From the human T2T-CHM13v2.0 reference genome, Homo sapiens, in NCBI RefSeq assembly GCF_009914755.1, contig NC_060940.1: DNA of 64,000 nt. One strand, written 5' to 3'. The notes under the pieces are model-generated. The model had not been told where the DNA came from. It ran no database searches and saw only the letters and a list, made by a program, of their open reading frames with translations. Each line of letters begins with the position of its first letter. The first letter of the stretch is position 1. Made by a program: the position numbers and the translations under genes. Of the stretch, positions 40,101 to 53,365 are shown in pieces.

Positions 40101-43100
40101 TCATAAAATCTTTGCCTAAACCAATGTCTACAAGGGTTTTTCTGATGTTATCTTCTAGAATTTTTATAGTTTCAGGTCTTAGATTTAAGTCCTTGATCCA
40201 TCTTGAGGTGGTTTTTGTATAAGGTGATATATGAAGATCCAGTTTCATTCTCCTACATGTGGCTTGCCAATTATCCCAGAACCATTTGTTGAATAGAGTG
40301 TCCTTTCCCCACTTTGTGTTTTTGTTTGCTTTGTCGAAGATAAGTTGACTGTAAATATTTGGGTTTATTTCTGGGTTCTCTATTCTGTTCCTTCTGTTCC
40401 ATGGTTCTACGTGCCTATTTTTATACCAGACCATGCTGTTTTGCTGACTATGGCCTTATAGTACATTTTGAAATCAGGTAATGTGATGCCTCCAGATTTG
40501 TTCTTTTTGGATAGTCTTGCTTTGGCTATGATGACTCTTTTTTTGGTTCCATATGAATTTTAGGATTTTTTTTTCTAGTTCTGTGAAGAATGATGGTGGT
40601 ATTTTGATGGGAATTGCACTGAATTTGTATATTGCTTTTGGCAATATAGTCATTTTTACAATATTTATTCTACCCATCCATGAGCATAGGATGTGTTCCC
40701 ATTTGTTTGTGTCATCTATGATTTCTTTCAGCAGGGTTTTGTAGTTTTCCTTGAATAGGTCTTTGGTTAGGTATATTCCTAAGTATTTTTTTTGCAGCTA
40801 TTATAAAAGGGGTTGAGTTCTTGATTTAATTCTCAGCTTGGTTGCTATTAAAGTATAGCAGAGCTACTGGTTTTTGTACATTAATTTTGTGTCCTGAAAC
40901 TTTGCTGAATTCATTTATTAGTTGTAGGAGTTCTTTGGAGGAGTCTTTAAGGTCTTCTAGGTATACAATCATATTAACAGCAAACAGCAACTGTATGACT
41001 TCCTCTTTACCAATTTGGAGGACATTTATTTCTTTCTCTTGTCTGATTGATCTGGCTAGGACTTCCAGTACTATACTGGATACAAGTGGTGAGAGTAAGC
41101 ATTCATGTCTTGTTCTAGTTCTCAGAGGGAATGCTTTCAACTTTTCCCCATTCACTATTATGTTGCCTGTGGGTTTGTCATAGATGGCTTTTATTACATT
41201 AAGGTATATCCATGGTATGCTGATTTTGCTGAGGGTTTTAATCATAAGAGGATGCTGGATTTTTGTCAAATGCTTTTTCTACATCTATTGAGATAATAAT
41301 GTGATTTTTGTTTTTAATTCTGTTTATGTGGTGTATCACATTTATTGACTTGTGTATGTTAAACCATTCCTGCATCCCTGGTATGAAACCCACTTCATCA
41401 TGGTGGATTATCTTTTTGATATGCTGTTGGATTCAGTTAGCTAGCAGCTAATTAAGAATTTTTGCATCTATGTTCATCAAGGATATTGGTCTGCAGTTTT
41501 CTTTTTTTGTTACATCCTTTTCTGGTTTGGGTATGAGGGTAATACTGGCTTCATAGAATGATTTAGGGAGGATTCCCTCTTTATCTTGTGGAATAGCGTC
41601 GATAGGATTGGTACCAATTCTTCTTTGAATGTCTGGTAGAATTCAGCTGTGAATTCATCTGGTCATGGCTTTTTTGTTGTCGTTGTTGTTGTTGTTGATA
41701 ATTTTTGTATTACCATTTTAATCTCGCTGCTTGTTATTGGTCTGTTCAGGCTTTCTAATTCTTCCTGATTTAAGCTAGGAGGGTTGTATCTTCCCAAGAA
41801 TTTATCCATCTCCTCTAAGTTTTTTAGTTTATGTGCATAAAGCTGTTTGTAGTGCCTTGGATGATCTTTTGTATTTCTGTGGTATCAGTTGTAATATCTC
41901 CCATTTCCTTTCTAATTGAGCTTATTTGGATTTTCTCTCTTCTTTTTTTTGGTTAATCTTCCTAATGGTCTATCAATCTTATTTGTCTTTTCAAAGAACC
42001 AGATTTTGTTTCATTTATCTTTTGTATTTTTTTATCTCAATTTCATTTAGTTCTGCTCTGATCTTGGTTATTTCCTTTCTTATGCTGGGTTTGGGTTTGA
42101 TTTGTTCTTGTTTGTCTAGTTCCTTGAGGTGTGGCCTTAGATTGTCTATTTGTGCTCTTTCAGACTTTTTGATGAAGGCATTTAAGGCTATGAACTTTCC
42201 TCTTAGTACCATCTTTGCTGTATCCTAGAAGTTTTGATAGCTTGTGTCACTATTGTCCTTCAGTGTGAGAAATTTTTAAATTTCCATCTTGATTTCATTG
42301 TTGATCCAATGATCATTCAGGAACAGGTTATTTAATTTCCATGTATTCATGTGATTTTGAAGATTCCTTTTGGAGTTGATTTCCAATTTTATTCCAAGGT
42401 GGTCTGAGAGAGTACTTGATATAATTTCACTTTTCTCAGATTTATTGAGACTTGTTTTGTGGCCTATCATATGGTCTATCTTGGAGAAAGTTCCATGCAC
42501 TGATGAATAAAATGTGTATTCCATGGTTGTTGGGTAGAATGTTCTGTAAATATCTGTTAAATTCATCTGTTTTACGGTACAGTTTAAATCAATTGTTTCT
42601 TTGTTGACTTTATGTCTTGATGACCTGTTTAGTTCTGTCAGTGGAGTATTGAAGTCCCCCACTATTATTGTGTTGCTGTTTATATTATTTCTTAGGTCTA
42701 GTAGTAACTGTTTCATAAATTTGGGAGCTCCAGTATTAGGTGCATATATATTTAGAATTGTGATGTCTTCCTGTTGGACAAGACCTTTTATCATTACATA
42801 ATGTCCCTCTTTGTCTTTTCTAACTGCTGTGGCTTTAAAGTTTGTTTTGTCTGTTATAAATATAGCTACTCCTGCTTGTTTTTGGTGTCCATTTGCATGG
42901 AATGTCTTTTTCCACCCCCTTACCTTAAGTTTATGTGAGTTCTTGTGTTAGATGAGTCTCTTGAAAGCAGTAGATACTTGGTTGGCATATTCTTATCAAT
43001 AATGCAATTCTGTATCTTTTAAATGGAGTACTTAGGCCATTTACATTCAACATTAGTATTGAGATGTCAGGTACTATTCCATTCATTGTGCTATTTGTTG

Positions 43101-44320
43101 CCTGTGTAGCTTGGGTTTTTTTCTTTATTGTATTTTTGTTTTATAGGTCATGTGAGGTTTATGCTTTAAAAAGGTTCTATTTTGATGTGTTTCCAGGATT
43201 TGTTTCAAGATTTAAAGCTCCTTTTAGCAGTTCTTGTAGTGCTGGCTTTCTAGTAGTGAATTCTCTCAGTATTTCTCTGTCTGAAAAAGACTGCATCTTT
43301 CCTTCATTTATGAAGCTTAGTTTCACTGGATACAAAATTCTTGGCTGATAATTTGTTTTTAAGGAGTGTGAAGATAGGGCCCCAATCCCTTCTAGCTTGT
43401 AGGATTTCTGCTGAGAAATCTGCTGTTAATCTGACAGGTTTTCCTTTATAGATTACCTGGTGCTTTTGTCTCACAGCTCTTAAGATTCTTTCCTTCATCT
43501 TGGCTTTAGATAACCTGATGACAATGTGCCTAGGCAATGATCTTTTTGCAATGAATTTCCCAGGTGTTCTTTGAGCTTCTTATATTTGGATGTCTAGGTC
43601 TTTAGCAAGGCTGGGAAAGTTTTCCTTGATTATTTCCTTGAATACATTTCCCAAACTTTTAGATGTCTCTTCTATCTCAAGGATGCCAATTATTCTTAGG
43701 TTTGATCATTTAACACAATCCCAAACTTCTTGGAGGCTTTGTTCATTGAAAAATTTTTTTTTCTTTGTCTTTGTTGGATTTGGCTAAGTCAAAAATCTTG
43801 TCTTCAAGCTCTGAAGTTATTTCTTCTGCTTGTTCAATTCTATTGTTGAGGCTTTTCAGTGCGTTTTTCTCTGTGTTCTTTATTTCCTAAAGTTATGATT
43901 GTTTTTATGTATGCTATCTATTTCACTGAAGATTTCTCCCCTCATAACTTGTATTTTTTTTTTTTTCCTTAAATTGGACTTCACCTTTTCTGGTGCCTCT
44001 TTGATTAGCTTAATAATTGCCCTTCTGAATACTTTCTCAGGTAAATTAGGAGTTTCTTCTTGGTTTGGATCCATTGCTGGTGAGCTAGTGTGATTTTTGG
44101 GGGGAGGTGTTAAACAGCCTTGTTTTATCATATTCCCAGAATCGTTTTCCTGGTTCCTTCTCATTTGGGTAGGCTATGTTAGAGGGAAGATCTGGGGCTC
44201 AAGGCTACTGTTCAGATTCTTTTTTCCCATGGGATGTTCCCCTGATGTAGTACTCTTTCCCTTTTCCTAGGGATGTGGCTTTCTGAGAGCCAAACTGTAC
44301 TGATTGTTATTTCTCATTAT
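36545..44320 (-). mobile_element. Near-full-length degenerate L1 (L1PB-like), sense to ACSM2B, 3' end split by an AT-rich expansion
   Basis: ORF1 remnants (43304-44164), EN domain (ILNIYAPNTGAP, IIVGDFNTPL, SDHLGIKLE) and RT/C-terminal remnants (39438-41269). L1PB-type 3' UTR at 36545-36890. Confidence 0.9.
36890..39425. repeat. ~2.5 kb (TA)-rich low-complexity array with a large inverted repeat and templated inserts
   Basis: TATATA-based degenerate repeats; arms ~37760-38130 and ~38590-38950 are reverse complements. Confidence 0.9.
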
Positions 44321-46205
44321 CTTGCTTGGCAACTGCCTCAGGGGAGGCCATCACTATTGCCTCAGGCAGCACAGAGTTTACCTCCTCAGACAAAGGGGGA
44401 AAGGCTGATGGCAGCATGGGTTAGGGAGAGAATGCTGCCACTACTGGGTGGGGAGGAAGTTGTTTCTTCTGGCAAAAAAAGTTCATTGGAGTTTACAAAG
44501 TCAGTGTCCCCAGCTTCACCAGTGTCCTCCCATACCTCCCCATTCCAAGTTGCAGGGTCTCATTCTTTTCCAATCTATCAGGGGAACCAGCCCACAATAT
44601 TTGAACATAGGTTCTTTCTATTTTTCCTAAGTGTCGGCCGGTCTGAGAAATAAAGAGAACGAGTACAAAGACAGAAATTTTACAGCTGGGCCTCTGGGGC
44701 TGTCATCACATAGTGGTAGGACTATGATGGTGACCCCGAGCAGCAAAACCAGCAAGTTTTTATTAGGGATTTTAAAAGAGGAGAGGGTGTACGAACAGGG
44801 AGTAGGTCACAAGGATCACATGCTTCAAAGGGCAGTAAAGATCACAAGGCAAAGGCAAAATTAGAATTACTGATGAGGGTCTATGTCCTGCTGTGCACAC
44901 ATTGTCTTGATAAACATCTTCACAGGAAACAGGGTTTGAGAACAGAGAACCACTCTGACTAGAATTTACCCGGCTGGAATTTCCCAATCCTAGTAAGCCT
45001 GAGGGTACTGCAGGACACCAGGGCGTATTTCAATCCTTATCTCAACCGCATAAGACAAACACTCCCAGAGCGGCCATCTATAGACCTACCCCCAGGAATG
45101 CATTCCTTTCCCAGGGTTCTTCCATGCTGGGAAAAGAATTCAGCAATATTTCTCCTACTTGCACATCCTTCTATAGGCTTTCTGCAAGAAGAAAAATATG
45201 GCTCTATTCTGCCCGACCCCGCAGGCAGTCAGACCTTATAGTTATCTTCCATTGTTCCCTGAAAATCACTGATATTCTGTTCTTTTTCCGGGTATACTGA
45301 TTTCATATTGTTCAAACACACATGTTTTACAATCCATTTGTGCAATAGTAGTCCTGAGGTGAATTACATTCTGAGCTTATGAAGATAACAGGATTAAGAG
45401 ATTAAAGTAAAGATAGGCATAAGAAACTATAAGAGTGTTAATTGGGAACGTGATAAATGTCCATGAAATCTTCACAATTTATGTTCAGAGATTGCAGTAA
45501 AGACAGGCATAAGAAATTATAAAAGTATTAATTTTGGGAAGTGATAAATATCCATGAAATCTTCACAATTTATGTTCTTCTGCCTCAGCTCTGGCCGATC
45601 CCTCCATTCAGGGTCCCTGACTTCCTGCAAAACAATCAATGCCCTCACTTTAACAGTAGATACTTGGCGAGGCTGTGCATGGTGAGGCTGTGCATGCACC
45701 TTTCATTGCAGGTCAGCCACTAACATGATAAGAGCTTATGTCTATTTTTCCACAATTTCAGTTCTTTCTCTACAGGAGATTAGACTCTCACTCAGGGCAA
45801 TCTTGGCAGATTTGAGGCTCAGTATCTGCTTCTGAAGCTGGGAGATAGAATCCCCGAGTTCATCATTTTCTTTCATCACTTTATCCACTGAACTTAGGAG
45901 CAACCAACCAGCTTCATTATGTTCCTTAGTTCTCCACATATGGTCAAAGGTATGATGTATAGGGTCACTAAACTCCTTGCCTCTCATGAGCAATGAATCA
46001 GGAGTGTCAAATGCATTTATTTTGTATAACTCTTTAAACAGTTCACACCAAGGGCTATCAGTCTTCTCCATACTATTAGAATTAGAGTCCTTAGTATTTT
46101 GGGGTCTAATCATATTAAGGCACCAACTCCAGAAACCCCAAAACCAACAAAAGAACTCCATCCTTAATATTCTTTTCCTCTAGAACCACTTCTGGTACCA
46201 AAATC
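44320..46205 (-). mobile_element. HERV-L internal 5' part (PBS + gag remnant), 3'-truncated
   Basis: Minus strand gattttggtaccagaagtggttc (Leu-type PBS) follows the LTR. ORF 45742-46161 (DSPWCELFKEL...GWLLLSSVDKVMKENDEL) is ERVL gag-like and continues across the MER11 insertion. Confidence 0.8.
44576..45632 (-). mobile_element. MER11 (HERV-K11) solo LTR nested in HERV-L gag
   Basis: Minus strand ...gcaggaagtcagggacc, internal repeats aacataaattgtgaagatttcatgga, end ...gggctggttcccctgata. TSD caatc at 44571-44575 and 45633-45637. Confidence 0.85.
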
Positions 46206-46754
46206 TGTATTAGTCAGGGTTCTCTAGAGAAACAGAACTAATGGAATATATATATTTTATAAACTCATATGTATAAGTAATACATATAAACTCATATATA
46301 TAAGTATATATATGAGTTTACTAAGTATTAACATATGTATGTGTGTATATATATATACACAACTGTATATATATATACAGTTTATTCAGTATTAACTCAC
46401 ATGATCACAAGGTCCCACAATAGGCCATCTGCAGGCTGAGGTGCAAGGAGAGCCAGTTTGAGTTCCAAAACTGAAGAACCTGGAGTCTGATGTTCAAGGG
46501 CAGGAAGCATCCAGTACGGAAGAAAGATCTAGGCTGGGAAGCTAGGCCAGTCTCTCTTTTCATATTTTTCTGCCTCCTTATATTCTAGTCATGCTGGATT
46601 AGGTGGTGCCTACCCAGATTAAGGGTGGGTCTGCCTCTCCCAGCCCACCGACTCAAATGTTAATCTCTTTTGACAACACCCTCACAGACACACCCAGGAT
46701 CAACACTTTGTATCCTTCAATTCAATCAATTGACACTCAGTATTAACCATCACA
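46206..46754 (-). mobile_element. MLT2A1 (HERV-L) 5' LTR
   Basis: Minus strand tgtgatggttaatactgagtgtcaattgattgaattgaaggatacaaag...ttctctagagaaccctgactaataca; short MLT2A1-type body. Confidence 0.85.
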
Positions 46755-47185
46755 GTGTCTGACATTTCTGTCTCCTTTTTTTCTATGGAATAAGAATTGA
46801 AGATTACTGTACCAGCTCCTGAGCAGAACTACACATTGCCTTTGTACCTGCTGGTCCCTCTCTTTTTCCATAATAAGCTCTTCTTCATTCTTCTGGTCTC
46901 ACCTCCTCTGGGATTCATCCTTCTCTGACCACCACCCAACTACCAGCCCCCTGTTACCACCTTTTTCCAGCTGCCCTCGTCTCTCCCTGTTGCTGCCATA
47001 AACGTGCCTTTTCCTCTGCCCAGTGTTTCCTCCTAAGACTTGGCAGGTACTGTCTTTCATGGTCCCTAGGAATTTCTGCTTTTCTGTGAGGATTTTTGCT
47101 CTTCTCACCAGCTGTGACTCTAAAAGATTGGTGAGGTTATCATGGATTATGACCCCATCAGCCCATTCCTTGAAACAGTGCTCAC

Positions 47186-47300
47186 CTGCCAAGTCCTCTC
47201 AGGATGTCTTTCTGGAGAGAGCTTCGTCCACCCTCCTCTCCAGCCAGCAGCTCCAGAACTCCTACAGCCTTGGAAGAGAGCACAGTAACTCAAGCAGACA
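47186..47300 (-). other. ACSM2B: ACSM2B non-coding exon 1 (5' boundary approximate)
   Basis: Strong donor GGCAG|GTGAGC at 47186/47185 in non-repeat sequence. It matches my recollection of the ACSM2 5' UTR. The TSS cannot be determined from sequence. Confidence 0.6.
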
Positions 47301-47336
47301 GCTTCAGAATCCCTGCACTGTCGGAAAGAGAGCTCA

Positions 47337-47349
47337 GCTAATCATTGAC
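47337..47349. promoter_or_regulatory. Candidate HNF1-type site in the ACSM2B proximal promoter
   Basis: GCTAATCATTGAC versus consensus GTTAATNATTAAC (2 mismatches), just upstream of exon 1. ACSM2 genes are liver/kidney expressed. Confidence 0.45.
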
Positions 47350-48104
47350 AGTGGATAACTTTGGAGTCTTACAAAGGGTAACAGCAGTCCTCCTAGCCAA
47401 GTTTATGGACATTACAACATTAGAGCATTTGAGGTCAACTGGACTTGCACTTTCAATCCAAGGGGCATGAAGCAGGTTTATGCCCAGGACTGACAGAAAA
47501 TTATTGCTTCAACCCAAGAGAGAGAAATGGAGCTCACATAGGCTTGATGAACACTCCTTTAATTCTTTGTTTTGCTTGGTTCCAGCATACCACTTTTGCC
47601 TGGTTTTCCTCTTGCTTTCCTTCTCTTTTGCTGATTCCTCCTCATCTTTATCCACGTTCACTCTGTACATTATCTCATCAAATGTCATAGCTTGGATACC
47701 ATGTGGCTTGCCAATGGCCCCCACACGTGTGTATCCAACCTGGTTTTCTCTCCTGCATCCTCATCTTCCTGACTTCTCCACCTGGATATCTAACAGGCAT
47801 CTCAAACATACTTTGTCCAAAGCTAAGAGGTTGATCACATCCTTCCCTGGCCACTCTCATTCCAGGTATGGTTTTATCCATCTCAGCAAATGTCACCCCT
47901 ATTCCTCTAGTTCTTCCAACATCAAATCTTAGAGACTGCCCTGACTCTTTTCTTTCTCACATGGATGTGAAAAAGCCATCAGATCCACCTGCAGGCTACA
48001 CTCAGAGTCTGACCCATTCTCTTCCCTGTTCCAACCCAACCCAACACTGTCCAAGTAAGCCCAAAACTCAACAGGGAAAAAAACTCTTTATATCTCTTCA
48101 TATT

Positions 48105-48390
<286 letters not shown>

Positions 48391-48399
48391 AACATTGTC

Positions 48400-50203
48400 T
48401 TGAAGCTGGTATCAGCCCATGCTTCAGCTCTCTCAGGCTAGAGTTGCAAATTGGTGATCCTACAGTTCTGTGTCTTGGGGGTGGCCCCACTCCCATGGCT
48501 TCATGAGGCATTTCCCTAGAGGGAATTCTTTGTAGAGGATCTTACCACCAAGCATCTATGGCCCCTACATTCTGGGTGCCTGCAGAATTAATACCATTCT
48601 GTCTTTGTTGGTCTTCTGGGCCTGTGATGGGAGGAGCAGCCCCAAAGGTTTCTGAAATGCCTTCGGAACCTTCTTCCTATTATCCTATTAGCACCAGGCC
48701 CCCTTTTGGTCATGCTTTAGCAGAGTTGTTCTGACACATTCTTGGACTCCTCTCCTGAAAATTCTCTTTTCTTCTCTACCACTATGTCCAGGCTGATAAT
48801 TATCCAAATTTTAATGCTCTTCTTCCCCTTTAATTATAAACACAGGCTTTAGGTCATTCCTTTGCTGTCTCAATTTAACATAAGCTGTTAAAAGTAACCA
48901 CATCACTTCTTGAGCACTTTGTTGCTTAGATATCTCTTGCACCTAACACCGTAGGTCATCACTCTTAGTTCAGCCTTCCACAAAGCCTTAGGGCATGGAC
49001 ACAGTGCACCCGAGTTCTTTGCTACAGAGTAACATGGGTGAATTTTGCTCCAGCTTCCAATGAGTTTCTCATTTCTATCTGAGATTTTTTGGCATGGCCT
49101 GTACTGTCTATATTTCTATCAGCATTATAAAAATTTAAATTTAGGACCTTCCAAATTTATCATGCAAAAGGGAAAACTTAAGGCCTGAAAGCTGACTGAG
49201 GTAACACAACTTCCCCTGATTCTGGTGCATGACCGTTGCTTTCTGACCTTTGTGTTGAAATGTTATACATTAACTAGACTCTTCTTTATTCAAAACTGCG
49301 CTAAACAAAGTGAAGATAGAGACCCTTGTGACTGTCTCCTTTTAATAGAATGTTAAACTATCCCTCTAGCGTGTAATCAAAAGTAGCCAATGAAATCTTA
49401 TATCTGTACGTTAGCCTTTTTTATGGAAAATGTTGTAATTTTGTTCAGCAACTTCATTTTGCTGGTATAAGCAATCCTCATTTTCCCCTACACCAGGAGC
49501 ACAACACTGCTCACCATTCTTTGGAATAGCTGTGCTCCCTAGATGGTCGCACTCATACTTTGTGCTTGAATGAGCTCTTTTAACTAGATGCTGAGTCTTT
49601 TGATTATTTTAGGTTGACAGCATTTTGGTCACAACCATTTAACCAATCTCTAAGAAGTTTCAAATTTTCCCTCAACTCTTTATCTTCTTCTGAGCCATCC
49701 AAACTCTTCCAACCTTTTCCATTGCCCAGTTCCAAAGCTGCTTTCATATTTTCAAGTATCTTTATGGCAATACCCTACTCCCTGGCAACAATTTCCTGTT
49801 GTAGTCCATTTTTCATTGCTATAAAGAAATATCTGAGGCTGGGTAATTTATTTCAGAAATGTTTATTAGGCCCATGATTCTGATAGCTGGAAATTTCAAG
49901 ATTGGGCATCTGCAGCTGGCAAGGGCCTCGGGATGCTTCTATTCATGGTAGAAGGTGAAAGGGAGCTGGCGTGTGCATGGATGACATGGTGAGAGAGGAA
50001 GCAAGAGAGATAGTGGGGAGATGCCAGGCTCTTTGCAACAACCAGCTCTTGTGGGGAATAATAGGATTAGGACTCACTCACTCCCTAGGGAGGGCATTAA
50101 TCTATTCATGAGGGATTCTCCCTCATGACTCAAATACCTCCTTTAAGGTTCCATCTCATATTTCAATATGAGGTTTATTGAGAGCAAACATCCAAACTGG
50201 AGC
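48400..50203 (-). mobile_element. MST-type MaLR int + LTR with nested ERV1 LTR (49126-49619, TSD gcat)
   Basis: MaLR-int motifs resume on both sides of an element ending ...gattattttaggttgaca. Confidence 0.65.
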
Positions 50204-51014
50204 ACCTCAGAACACTTTTCTCCTCGGAAATGTCTGTCCTTATCAAGTAGTCAAAAATATTGACTGAGTGTTACTCTCAGGTAGACACAGAGGTGACCAT
50301 GACAGATTCATTCCTGTTCAGAAGTGACACAGATAATAACATGTAACGTAATGAAGTTCATTTTATATACTGTAAAGGATAAGTCAGAGGTCAGATCATG
50401 TCACACCTCTGCTCAGAACCTACCAGTGAATCTCAGTTTCATGCAAAATTAACTTCAGAGTTTTTACCTCATTATTCAAGGTCTGGTAAGATTTTCACAC
50501 ACTCTCTTCATCTCTGGTTTGATGTGCTGTTCCTTTACCCCCTTATTCACTGCACATCAACTACAAGGGCTTTCTTCCTGTTCCTTGAAGTCACACTCTG
50601 CCTTAGGGTATCTGCACTTGCTGTTTCCTCTTCTCAGACTGATTTTTCATAGATATCTACATGGATAACTCCCTCTCCTACTTTATTTCCTTGCTAAATA
50701 TTTTTGTCAACTTCTCAATGAAGCTTACCTTGACCACCTTCTCAAAACGGCAACCCACCTCCAAGTTGGTTCTTCCTCCTCCTCATTACTAGGCACTATT
50801 TTCTCTAATACTCACTACCTGCTAACATACCTACTTACTATTTTTGCCTCTCTCTCCGTCCACTAGAATCTAAGCTTCATGAGGGCAGATATTTTTGCCA
50901 TTTTGTTCAATGATTTAGCTCAAGGACTTTTAACAGTAGCTAGCACACAGTAAATATTCAGTAAATAGCTGAGAGAATGAATAAGGGCTGTAAAGAAAAG
51001 AAAACATGTTGTTA

Positions 51015-51612
51015 TAATGTGTGTGCCTGTGTGAAGTACGTAGCTGTGTATGTGAGATAGCCTAAGTGCAGGTATGTATGTTTTTGTGTGTGCACATGTG
51101 ACTGTGGGATGTATGTATAGCTGTTATGTGTGTGCGGTTCTGTGTGTAAAGACATGTGTGTAAGGTTGTGCATGTTTGTGCCCATGTGTGCCTATGCGTC
51201 AGTACATGGATGTATGTGAGACTGTGTATGTGTACGTGTGTGCAAGTGTGTGTAGAGCTATATGCGCAGGTGTACAGGTGTTTATGTATACTTACATGCA
51301 TGCATGTGTGTTGGTAGATGTGGATGTGTGTGAATGTATGTATGAGACTGTGTATGTAAGTATGTGTGTGACTGTCATGTATATGTAGCTCTGTAGTTAA
51401 GTGTATGTCTATGTATCTGTTTATGAGTTTGGCATGTGCATAAGATTGTCTGTAAGTGTAACTGTGTGTATTCATGTGTGTGAGTGTCTAGAAGTGTGAC
51501 TAGATATTTGTGTGTGCTTGCATGTGTGAGTGTCTATATGTGGCAGTGAAATTGCACATGTGTGTGGCTGTATCTATATTTGTGTGTGTGTGCATGTGTC
51601 TGAGTGTGTGTA
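51015..51612. repeat. Degenerate (TG/TATG)n low-complexity tract
   Basis: Alternating purine-pyrimidine, ~600 bp. Confidence 0.85.
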
Positions 51613-51711
51613 AGTCCTAAATAGCACTCACACTATTTACAGTGGTCTGAAAACACCTCTCTGGGTGCTCCTTTGCACCTGGCCACTGGGGACACTGCCA
51701 AGTCATGATGC

Positions 51712-51720
51712 TGGACTTTG
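51712..51720. promoter_or_regulatory. HNF4-type core motif (TGGACTTTG) in a possible upstream enhancer
   Basis: Exact reverse of CAAAGTCCA; another copy at 52033-52041. Confidence 0.3.
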
Positions 51721-53065
51721 CTGACTTTCTTTTCCATTCTTTCTGTTTTTCAAATGTTGACCTTTAGACACATTTCAGGACAGCACATTCCTGTGGGAAA
51801 TCTGTGAGGTGGAAAATCAAAATTCTCCTGATGACTGTTTATAAAGAATAACAGCTAGCTCATGTCTTCAGTGTTTTATAGATGTACTCACATGTAATCT
51901 AAACAAGAACTCTACAAGAGAGGTATCCAGAGCCCCATTTTATAGATAAGGAAATTGAGGCTCAGAGAGGACTAGAAATTTGGCTAAGCTCCTGCAGCTG
52001 GTAAGTGCTACAACAGGACTCAAATCTAACTTCAAAGTCCAGTGTCCTTCTCATAGGGAACACTGTGTTTCGGCAAAGAGGCATTTTAAAAGAAAATGAT
52101 TTGAAATGGTCACTGTTGGAGGCTGTGCACAATCAGCTGGCCACCTCTGTGTCCCTAGAATCTGACCCACAGTGGGGATTCAATGTTGGAGGAAAATAGA
52201 AAAAGTGCTGGAGTTGCTGGGGAAATGCTGGGAGCAGAACTCCGTGGTGGGGGCTCAGAATTTCCCAGGGCCGGAGGTTTTCAGTCAGGAATCATCACGG
52301 GAAAAACAGATTTTCTTTATCACACTCCACCTCTGATTGTCTCAGGAAGTCTTTGGTGGTCCGGCTGGATAGAGCCAAGATTTTGAAGGCAGCCTGGAGC
52401 AAGAGACAATGCCTGAGAATTGCCATCAGAAGACCCATTTTAAATCTCGGCTGTACCACTTACCAAAAGAACACACACACTGACCCACTGTGCCTCAGTT
52501 TCCTCCTGTACAAAATGGAGATAAAAATAGCATCTATCTGGTAGGGTCATGGTAAAGCCTGAGTAAGACAATTCTGGAGGCTTCTCAGTTGTCCGGCTGC
52601 CAGAGGGGTGGGATGCTGCTCCCCTAAGACTCTTAGACGTGGAGAACAATGCAAAGTGCTAGACTTCTGCAAAGCCTTATGTTTGATCTGAAAAACCTGC
52701 TCAAAAGTATCCATGTGCTTCAGGAGATAACTTTGTCTCTGCTTCTCACTTTCAGAGTTGGGGGCTGCATCTGACAAGTGGCTGTGATTTCAAGTCTCTG
52801 GAGTCCCATTTTTTTCTCTTCCATAGAGTTTGTTTGCTGCAGTTTGAGGAGCCGAGGCATATGACAAATACCAGGTACATAATTAGTGCTTTGGAAAGAA
52901 ACTGCTATTTCAGTGGTTATTGGGAGCTTTCACGAGGCAACTCACCCAGAGACCCCTTGCATGAAGGTGGGAAACTCACCAGTCTTCTGGGGTGCAGAAT
53001 CTTAATGTCCTCTCCAGAAAATGGGGCTGTAGACTGAGTAATAGTAACTAGGAATAACATTTATT

Positions 53066-53365
<300 letters not shown>

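Noticed and set aside
39438-44164. Possible active L1
   Set aside because: ORF1 and ORF2 are fragmented by many stops and frameshifts; old subfamily.
45390-45580. Direct repeats with spacers, superficially CRISPR-like
   Set aside because: These are the internal tandem repeats intrinsic to MER11 LTRs, in a eukaryotic context with no cas genes.
51062-51475. His/Thr-rich 137-aa ORF
   Set aside because: It is a translation of a degenerate (CA)n tract.
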